Assembly (NCBI RefSeq): GCF_000014265.1
Contig: NC_008312.1
Location: forward strand, 4,350,001 to 4,382,000
Length of the DNA: 32,000 bases
Origin: Trichodesmium erythraeum IMS101
GTDB lineage: Bacteria > Cyanobacteriota > Cyanobacteriia > Cyanobacteriales > Microcoleaceae
Direction: 5' to 3'
Shown: positions 13,324 to 20,700 of the stretch, one piece after another
How the letters are laid out: the number at the start of each line of letters is the position of its first letter
How positions within the stretch are numbered: the stretch's first letter is position 1
Position numbers and translations under genes: made by a program
The notes under the pieces: model-generated
Databases searched by the model: none
What the model saw: only the letters and a program-made list of their open reading frames with translations
What the model was told of the DNA's origin: nothing

Positions 13324-15670
13324 GAGGAAGATGGTTGATACTGAAAATAATACCCAAGGTGGAGTTATTCTACCTTCTGCTGAGTCTGTTTTGAAATTGT
13401 TGAACCTGGACCCTGATGGCCTTATGTCCATTAAGCCACTTTCCAAACGTCTTCAATATCAGGCTGTTATTATCTGGTTGAGTGACTACAAATGTCCGCA
13501 AAGAGTAAATGATAATTTAGAGGTGGTAAAAGGCTATCTGGAAGCATTTTATCATCTTTGTGAAGTGGGAGACTGGGAACGAGCAAAGCAAATTTATTTT
13601 ATTAAAGTACCGCCAGTTAATGAAGAGTTACGTACTCAACTAATGAGGTGGGGTTGTTATAAGGAATGTATTCAACTCTACAGTAGACTATTAGGTAAAT
13701 TAGACCAATATTGGGATGGTATTTGTTTAACTGATTTAGGTAATGTTTACTATTCCCAAGGAGAATATGACAAAGCTATGGAGTATTATCAGCAGCGTTT
13801 ACAAATAGCTAGGGAAATTGGCGATCGTTCTGGGGAGGGTGGTGCTTTGGGGAATTTGAGTAATGTTTACTATTCCCAAGGAGAATATGACAAAGCTATG
13901 GAGTATTATCAGCAGTCTTTACAAATAGCTAGGAAAATTGGCAACCGTTCTTGGGAGGTTGCTGCTTTGATAGGTTTGGGTGATTTTTACGATTCCCAAG
14001 GAGAATATGACAAAGCTATGGAGTATTATCAGCAGTCTTTACAAATAGCTAGGGAAATAGGCAACCGCTCTGGGGAGGGTATTGCTTTGGGAAATTTGGG
14101 TAATGTTTACTATTCCCAAGGAGAATATGACAAAGCTATGGAGTATCATCAGCAGGATTTACAAATAGCTAGGGAAATTGGCAACCGTTCTGGGGAGGGT
14201 ATTGCTTTGGTGAATTTGGGTGTAGTTTACAATTCCCAAGGAGAATATGACAAAGCTATGGAGTATTATCAGCAGTCTTTACAAATAGCTAGGGAAATTG
14301 GCGATCGCTCTGGGGAGGGTGGTGCTTTGGGAAATTTGGGTAATGTTTACAATTCCCAAGGAGAATATGACAAAGCTATGGAGTATTATCAGCAGTCTTT
14401 ACAAATAGCTAGGGAAATTGGCGATCGCTCTGGGGATGGTAATGCTTTGATGGGTTTGGGTAATGTTTACTATTCCCAAGGAGAATATGACAAAGCTATG
14501 GAGTATTATCAGCAGCATTTACAAATAGCTAGGGAAATAGGCGATCGCTCTGGGGAGGGTCGTACTTTGGGGAATTTGGGTCTTGTTTACTATTCCCAAG
14601 GAGAATATGACAAAGCTATGGAGTCTTATCAGCAGGATTTACAAATAGCTAGGGAAATAGGCGATCGCTCTGGGGAGGGTATTTCTTTGGGGAATTTGGG
14701 TGATGTTTACTATTCCCAAGGAGAATATGACAAAGCTATGGAGTATTATCAGCAGCATTTACAAATAGCTAGGGAAATTGGCGATCGCTCTGGGGAGGGT
14801 AATGCTTTGATGGGTTTGGGTAATGTTTACCATTCCCAAGGAGAATATGACAAAGCTATGGAGTATTATCAGCAGTCTTTACAAATAGCTAGGGAAATTG
14901 GCAACCGTTCTGGGGAGGGTAATGCTTTGGGGAATTTGGGTAATGTTTACAATTCCCAAGGAAAATATGACAAAGCTATGGAGTATTATCAGCAGCATTT
15001 ACAAATAGCAAGGGGAATTGGCGATCGTTCTGGGGAGGGTCGTGCTTTGGGAAATTTGGGTGTAGTTTACAATTCCCAAGGAGAATATGACAAAGCTATG
15101 GAGTATTATCAGCAGTCTTTACAAATAGCTAGGCAAATAGGCAACCGTTATGGGGAGAGTAATACTTTGGGGAATTTGGGTAATGTTTACAATTCCCAAG
15201 GAGAATATGACAAAGCTATGGAGTATCATCAGCAGTCTTTACAAATAGCTAGGCAAATAGGCAACCGTTCTGAGGAGGGTATTGTTTTAGGGAATTTGGG
15301 TAAAGTTTACAATTCCCAAGGAGAATATGACAAAGCTATGGAGTATCATCAGCAGTCTTTACAAATAGCTAGGGAAATAGGCAACCGTTATTGGGAGGGT
15401 ATTGCTCTAGGAAATTGGGGAGAAACTCTGCTCAAGTTAGAAAAATATGCCGCATCTCTGGAATATTCACAAGCTGCATTAGAGATATTTAAGCAGATAG
15501 GAAACCCTCATCACCAAGGAATAGCTCTTAAGAATATAGCAGAAACTCATCAACATTTAGGAAATTTAGATGCAGCACGACAGTATTGCGATGAGGCATT
15601 AGCTATTTTCACAGAATTAGGAGCGCCAGAATTGAAAGAATGTCAAGAATTCCGCGATAAATTGGGGTAG
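13322..15670 (+). CDS. TPR-repeat protein (16 x 40-residue units), separate sensor-like partner (cassette 2)
   Basis: 782-aa ORF with an alternative start at ATG 13331. The lead-in ...VKGYLEAFYHLCEVGDWERA...RWGCYKECIQLYSRLLGKLDQYWDG is homologous to the cassette-1 lead-in. Units have the form GxALGNLGNVYxSQGEYDKAMEYYQQxLQIAREIG(D/N)RSGE. The C-terminal cap is about 80% identical by eye to the cassette-1 cap. Confidence 0.9.
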   Translation: MRKMVDTENNTQGGVILPSAESVLKLLNLDPDGLMSIKPLSKRLQYQAVIIWLSDYKCPQRVNDNLEVVKGYLEAFYHLCEVGDWERAKQIYFIKVPPVNEELRTQLMRWGCYKECIQLYSRLLGKLDQYWDGICLTDLGNVYYSQGEYDKAMEYYQQRLQIAREIGDRSGEGGALGNLSNVYYSQGEYDKAMEYYQQSLQIARKIGNRSWEVAALIGLGDFYDSQGEYDKAMEYYQQSLQIAREIGNRSGEGIALGNLGNVYYSQGEYDKAMEYHQQDLQIAREIGNRSGEGIALVNLGVVYNSQGEYDKAMEYYQQSLQIAREIGDRSGEGGALGNLGNVYNSQGEYDKAMEYYQQSLQIAREIGDRSGDGNALMGLGNVYYSQGEYDKAMEYYQQHLQIAREIGDRSGEGRTLGNLGLVYYSQGEYDKAMESYQQDLQIAREIGDRSGEGISLGNLGDVYYSQGEYDKAMEYYQQHLQIAREIGDRSGEGNALMGLGNVYHSQGEYDKAMEYYQQSLQIAREIGNRSGEGNALGNLGNVYNSQGKYDKAMEYYQQHLQIARGIGDRSGEGRALGNLGVVYNSQGEYDKAMEYYQQSLQIARQIGNRYGESNTLGNLGNVYNSQGEYDKAMEYHQQSLQIARQIGNRSEEGIVLGNLGKVYNSQGEYDKAMEYHQQSLQIAREIGNRYWEGIALGNWGETLLKLEKYAASLEYSQAALEIFKQIGNPHHQGIALKNIAETHQHLGNLDAARQYCDEALAIFTELGAPELKECQEFRDKLG
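13718..15667 (+). repeat. in-frame tandem array, 120-nt period, 16 units (TPR units of cassette 2)
   Basis: Units start at 13718 + n*120. The 14 core units (13718..15397) are nearly identical, including at synonymous sites. Differences cluster at a few codons. Confidence 0.92.
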
Positions 15671-15953
15671 GACTAGGACACAGACTTGACCACAGATGCA
15701 CAAATAGTTAATAGCCAGCTTATCTATTAGTATCGCTACAACCCTTGCATCTGATGTCACCCCTAAAAACTTCCAGCCTTTGCCCATACTGATAGTAAAA
15801 TCTTCCGAAATTACCCACGCAGCCTCAAAATATACACCATCCCTAGGAGTTAACAGCCCTTAAATTATACTAGATATAGTAGTTTAGCGTCAGTAATGCT
15901 ACAACCATCAAATTATTTGCTAAAATTAAACAAAATGTCACAGTCAAAATATT

Positions 15954-16712
15954 ATGGTAAACTACAACAAATTACTTAATCTACCATCAAGTGACGAATT
16001 ACCAGATTCAGATAACAAACCCGTGGATCATGAAATACAAGTTATTATTCCTAACCTGCTCAAACAGATTTTAAATCTATTGTGGGGCGATCGCCAAGAT
16101 TGGTTTTTTGGGGTCAACATGGGAATTTACCACACCACAGGGTCAAACCCTAGAATTGCCATAGTTCCTGATGGTTTCCTCAGTTTAGGAGTGACACGAC
16201 TCAAAAATGATAACTTGCGACCCTCCTATATTCTTTGGGAGGAAAATTATATTGTTCCCATACTGGTATTAGAAATTGTTTCTAAAACCTATGGGGATGA
16301 ATACGAGCAAAAAATGATTGATTATGCTCGTATGGGAGTATTATATTATGTCATCTATAACCCAGATTATTCCAAGCGGGACAAACACAAACAATTTGAA
16401 GTATATCATTTACGAAATGGAGTATACGAACCTCAGCTCGGAAATCCCGTGTGGATGCCAGAAATTGGTCTAGGGATAGGGTCTGAAGTTGGTAATCATG
16501 AACGTTGCCAAAGAGAGTGGTTGTATTGGTATGACTCTCAAGGGAACAGGCTCATGACCCCAGAAGAGAAAACACTTCAGCAACAACAACGAGCTGAACA
16601 AGAACGGCAACGAGCTGAACAAGAACGGCAACGAGCTGAACAAGAACGGCAACGAGCTGAAAAACTTGAACAAATGTTACGTTCTCTTGGCATTGATCCA
16701 GAACAGTTATAG
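15954..16712 (+). CDS. Uma2-family (DUF820) PD-(D/E)xK nuclease-like protein
   Basis: 252-aa ORF. IAIVPDGF and LVLEIVSKTY match the Uma2 PD...E.xS/K core. The C-terminus has a coiled-coil (QRAEQER)n tail ending in LRSLGIDPEQL, which I recall as typical of cyanobacterial Uma2 proteins. Confidence 0.8.
   Translation: MVNYNKLLNLPSSDELPDSDNKPVDHEIQVIIPNLLKQILNLLWGDRQDWFFGVNMGIYHTTGSNPRIAIVPDGFLSLGVTRLKNDNLRPSYILWEENYIVPILVLEIVSKTYGDEYEQKMIDYARMGVLYYVIYNPDYSKRDKHKQFEVYHLRNGVYEPQLGNPVWMPEIGLGIGSEVGNHERCQREWLYWYDSQGNRLMTPEEKTLQQQQRAEQERQRAEQERQRAEQERQRAEKLEQMLRSLGIDPEQL
16587..16662 (+). repeat. perfect 21-nt tandem repeat, 3.6 copies (caacgagctgaacaagaacgg), encoding (QRAEQER)n
   Basis: Units at 16587..16607, 16608..16628 and 16629..16649 are identical. 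A fourth partial unit runs to 16662. Confidence 0.95.
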
Positions 16713-16758
16713 TTATAGGTCAAGTTCAAAGTCAAACCAATAAAAACTTATAATTTAT

Positions 16759-16788
16759 GGAAATGAGTTGCGATCGCGATTCATTTCC
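16759..16788 (+). terminator. HIP1-centred hairpin downstream of the Uma2 gene (possible terminator)
   Basis: GGAAATGA (16759..) pairs with TCATTTCC (..16788) around a TTGCGATCGCGA core. The following sequence CTTTCAG is only weakly U-rich. Confidence 0.35.
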
Positions 16789-16800
16789 CTTTCAGAAAAA

Positions 16801-17111
16801 AATGCTACAACCATCAAATTATTTGCTAAAATTAAACAAAATGTCACAGTCAAAATATTATGGTAAACTACAACAAATTACTTAATCTACCATCAAGTGA
16901 CGAATTACCAGACTCCGACGACAAACCTGTAGATCATGAAATACAAAACCTAATTCCTCACCTGCTCAGACAGACTTGAAATCAATTAAATTATGGAGCG
17001 ATCGCTCAGATTATTTTTTGGGGTCAACATGGGAACTTACCACACCACAGAGTCAAACCCTAGAATTGCCATAGTTCCTGATGTTTTCCTCAGTGTAGGA
17101 GTGACACGACT
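16801..17111 (+). pseudogene. Uma2 pseudogene, 5' half (leader plus first ~84 codons)
   Basis: Copy of 15895..16201 at an offset of 906 nt. The first ~115 nt are identical, including the 59-nt leader and the ATG (16860). It then diverges, with an in-frame TGA at 16977..16979 (codon 40) and indels. Confidence 0.9.
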
Positions 17112-17226
17112 TGACCTTGAACTATATAGCTAACAGTTTTGGTGTGGCTGAAATTACAGTATAAGATAAATCCAAGGTTTCACCGTAAGTGATATCTTTA
17201 CTCTCAATGTGGATCCAGTGGACAGT
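17112..17226 (+). pseudogene. degraded fragment of one cadherin-like repeat unit of the giant gene
   Basis: ttgaccttgaactatatagctaacagttttggtgtggctgaaattacagtataagataaatccaaggtttcaccgtaagtgatatctttactctcaatgtggatccagtggac aligns with ctgactttgaattatatacctaatgctagtggtgtggctgagattacagtagaaggaacatccaatggtctcacagtcagtgatacctttactgtgaacgtggctccagtggac. It contains stops. Confidence 0.8.
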
Positions 17227-17236
17227 AGGCTATAAG

Positions 17237-17371
17237 TGGCGAATGCGATAGCTAACTGTTCTAGGGAGAGTAGTGCTGTGGGGAATTTGGGTATTACTGA
17301 CTATTCCCTAGGAGAATATGACAAATATAAGGAGTATTATCAGTAGTATTGACAAATAGTAGGTAAAAATT
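17237..17371 (+). pseudogene. degraded fragment of one TPR unit
   Basis: ...gtagtgctgtggggaatttgggtattactgactattccctaggagaatatgacaaatataaggagtattatcagtagtattgacaaatagtaggtaaaaattg aligns with a TPR unit (G.ALGNLG..Y.SLGEYDK..EYYQQ.LQIA.KIG). In-frame stops are present. It mixes cassette-1-like (SLG) and cassette-2-like (EYDK, EYYQ) features. Confidence 0.75.
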
Positions 17372-17761
17372 GTCTTTTTTATTCTCCTACTTGAAATAGT
17401 TTTCTTATGGCTATCTTTAGCTTTTTTTTTGACAAATAGTCTTTGATTAAGTTAAAATGAAATTAAAATTTTTTGAGAAATTTGATCTTGTTGTGTATGA
17501 TCAAATTATAAAAAGTTAAAATAAATTAATACACTTAAGTAAAATCACTGTATTAGTTAGTAAGCTTTCAGGGATTTGGTATCTACAGGAAAATTACTCA
17601 TGAAACCTTAAGTATCACCCGGAGTTCAGCATATTAATATTTACATTAATAAATTGGTTTTTAGGGCTTAAGGCCTAGGTAATAGAAAAATTTGCTCAAA
17701 TGTTTTAAATTATTTGTGTAGTCATATAGATTATATATTTGTTATAAATTACCCTATCATT

Positions 17762-17767
17762 AGGAGG
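17762..17767 (+). promoter_or_regulatory. Shine-Dalgarno AGGAGG upstream of the giant gene
   Basis: tAGGAGGaaATGataaagATG. It lies 2 nt from ATG 17770 and 11 nt from ATG 17779, so 17779 (MFETGD...) may be the real start. Confidence 0.55.
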
Positions 17768-17769
17768 AA

Positions 17770-20700
17770 ATGATAAAGATGTTCGAAACAGGTGACATAA
17801 ATGTCAACAAAATCGATGACCCCCTCGTTCCCTTAGAGGGGCAGTCTGATGTTGAACAGATAATCACAAGCAGTAGTACAAGCAATATAGAACATAATTT
17901 CCTTGGTTTATCTTCTGAGTCAGAGTTGCTTGATACAGCTGAAAGTCTCTCTAAAAGTACAGAAACAACCGTAGAAAAGACAGAGATTATAACCCCAGGA
18001 GACGTCAAAGGGACAGAGAAAGAGGATATTGATACTATTACTGGTGAAGCACTAAAAAACCTCAATGTTACTCCTCTAGAAGAAGACCTACTAACTAAAA
18101 CTAGGATTACAAACCGGAAAAGGAGCAAAAAGATAGACCCCGGGAGTGATGCCGAAAATGCTCATGACTTGGACAAAATCGGAAAATCTCCGACTACATA
18201 TAATGAAAAGATTGGGTATAGATCTGGTGGTTCGAGGGACAAAAGTGACTACTACAAATTCACCCTCCAAGGCCAGAAAAAGCAAAAATTCAACGACTTA
18301 AATATTGTCCTTGATGGTCTAAATGCTAATGCTAATATTCAACTTTTTGATGAGGATGGCAAAACTATTATCGACCAGTCGCGAAAAAAGGGCAAGAGGG
18401 AGGAGGAAATTAACCAAATACTCAATAATGGGACTTATTACTTGAACGTTCAAGCCCAAGGTAAGGCTAAAACTCAATATAGTTTGAGTTTGAGTTCGGA
18501 TCAGGTCAAAGACGAAGATGGTAAAAGGAAAGATGCACAAGATTTGGGCTCACTCAAAAAGAAGCCTCAACGCATTAAGGATGACATTGGTTTCCAACTG
18601 GGGAGCGTTCGCGACCAAAAAGACTTTTTTGAGTTTTCTGTGAATAGAGACAGTGAAGTTACTATTACCCTTGATGCTTTAAAGGAAGATGCTAATCTGA
18701 AGCTCTTGAATAAACAGGGTAGTTTGCTGTTTAGTTCTAGCAATGAAAATCGCGAAAAAGAAAAGATTAATACTATTCTGGAGAAAGGTAAATATTTTGT
18801 AGAAGTCGCTCCAGAATCAGGCGATCGTACCAATTATATGTTGAGTCTAAGTGCCGATGATGAAATTGAAGACCCGGACGGTCAAATACCAGGGAAAAAC
18901 CTGGGAAAACTTACATCTAAAACCATCAGCAAAACGGACAGGATAGGTTCTCAAAGGGGTTTTATAGACAGTGACGACTTCTGGGAATTTCAACTAACCA
19001 AAGAGACAGATTTAACTATAAATCTTGACAGCTTGAAGGCAAATGCTGACTTGGAACTGTACGATAGTGATGGAACTACTTTGATTTTTAGTTCCAAGAA
19101 CGAAGGCAGAGAAGAGGAAGAAATAGAGGCTATTTTAGAAAAAGGTATTTATTATGTTCGAGTGAAATCTGTCGGTGGTAGCAGTACCAAGTACAGACTG
19201 AGTTTATCTGGGGATACCGATATAACTGAGGAAGATGACAAACTGCCAGGAACGTCATTGGGAGAATTGGGTGCTGAAGAAGTAACGCAACGGGATAGAA
19301 TAGGCTTCGGAAGAGGTAGCCTTCGCGACTTTCAAGACTATTATAGCTTTAGCTTAGGAGAAAAAAGTGATGTTAATATTAGCCTTGATAACTTGAGAGC
19401 TAATGCTGAGTTAGAGTTATTAGGAATTGATGGTCGAACTATTGAAAAATCGAACAAAAAAGGGCGAGCTAGTGAAACAATTGACAGCATACTCGCTCCT
19501 GGAGATTACTATGTTAAAGTGTCTCCCGTAGGGAAAGCGAAAACTAAATACGATTTGGGGTTAACTGCAAATCCGGCCATTGATGATTATTCAAATCCTA
19601 AACAGGCTAAAGAAATTGGAATTCTTTATGAAGAAAATACCTATGAAGAAACTAATGAAATTGGTTTTAAACGAGGTAGTGTTCGTGACTTTGCTGACTA
19701 CTTTCATTTTGAGTTAGCTCAGTCCCAGCAAGTTAATATTTCTCTTGATAACTTGAGGAAAAATGCCGGTTTGCAGTTACTTGGTGGTGAAAACGGTAAG
19801 AAACAGATAGAGATATCTAATGAAAAAGGCCGCCAACCGGAGGAAATTAATAAAGATTTGGAACCGGGCAATTATTATGTCAAGGTCTTTTCGGTTGGCA
19901 AGTTAAAAACTGGATATGAGTTGAGTTTTGAGGCTTTATCGCCAGATGAAGCGCCTTATGTAGTTGCTCCAGGTATTGAGGATGTCAAGGTAAAAGAAGA
20001 CAGAAATATTCGTCCTTTTAATGTCTCCAAGTTCTTCAAAGATCCAGATAGCAGAATTGAAACAATAGAGGTGACAGACAATACCAACCCGGGACTAGTA
20101 ATTCCTTCAGAGAAAAACAAAAATCTCAAAGGTAAGAAATTAGAGTTAGAGTTGGTCAAAAATCAGAATGGTTATGGGGAGATTACCATTACCGCAACTT
20201 CCAAAGGTAAGACGGTCTCCGATACTTTCGCTGTCGACGTAACTCCAGTAGACGATCCACCAAAACTTAAGTTGCCGATCGACAATGTTAATGTTGATGA
20301 AGATGCTCCTAAAAAGGAAATCACTTTATCTAATCATTTTGAGGACATCGACAGCGATCTTACATATAAGGTCATCAATAACAATAACGGTAGTTTGCTT
20401 TCTCCTTCTATTAACGGCAACACCCTCACCTTAGAATTTTCAAAGGACCAGAATGGTGAAGCCAAAATTAAGGTTCAGGCAACTGGTGATGGTAAATCTG
20501 TTACTGATACTTTTACTGTGAATGTTGATCCAGTGGACGATCCACTGTTTGTTGACAAACCCAGAGAAAATTTATCTGTTGAGGAAGATAATCCTAACGA
20601 GGTCATCGATCTGTCAAAAGTTTTTAAGGACATAGATAGCCAGATAACTTTAGCTTTTAGCGACGATAACAACACCAACCAAAACTTAGTCAAGGCAACT

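Noticed and set aside
13718-15397. A diversity-generating retroelement (DGR) as the source of the variable TPR codons or of the gene scraps at 17112..17371.
   Set aside because: Differences between units, and between scraps and genes, are not adenine-specific. There is no reverse transcriptase gene and no template/variable repeat pair at a gene 3' end in this window.
8656-15667. The regular 120-nt repeats could superficially suggest a CRISPR-like array.
   Set aside because: The units are contiguous with no unique spacers. They are in frame within long ORFs and encode canonical TPR scaffold residues. No cas genes or leader are present.
6606-15670. The NB-ARC and TPR ORFs as frameshifted pseudogenes of single fused NB-ARC-TPR genes.
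   Set aside because: Both cassettes break at the same domain boundary despite strong divergence. All four ORFs are otherwise intact over 0.5-3 kb. Cassette 2 reconstructs to an ATGgtTGA start/stop overlap typical of coupled genes. Not fully excluded; see the first finding.
6545-16673. Short antisense ORFs 6545..6820, 11744..11935, 12336..12572, 12953..13201 and 16470..16673.
   Set aside because: Each overlaps a strongly supported sense-strand gene. 16470..16673 merely mirrors the 21-nt repeat (SSLPFLF x3). None has supporting signals.
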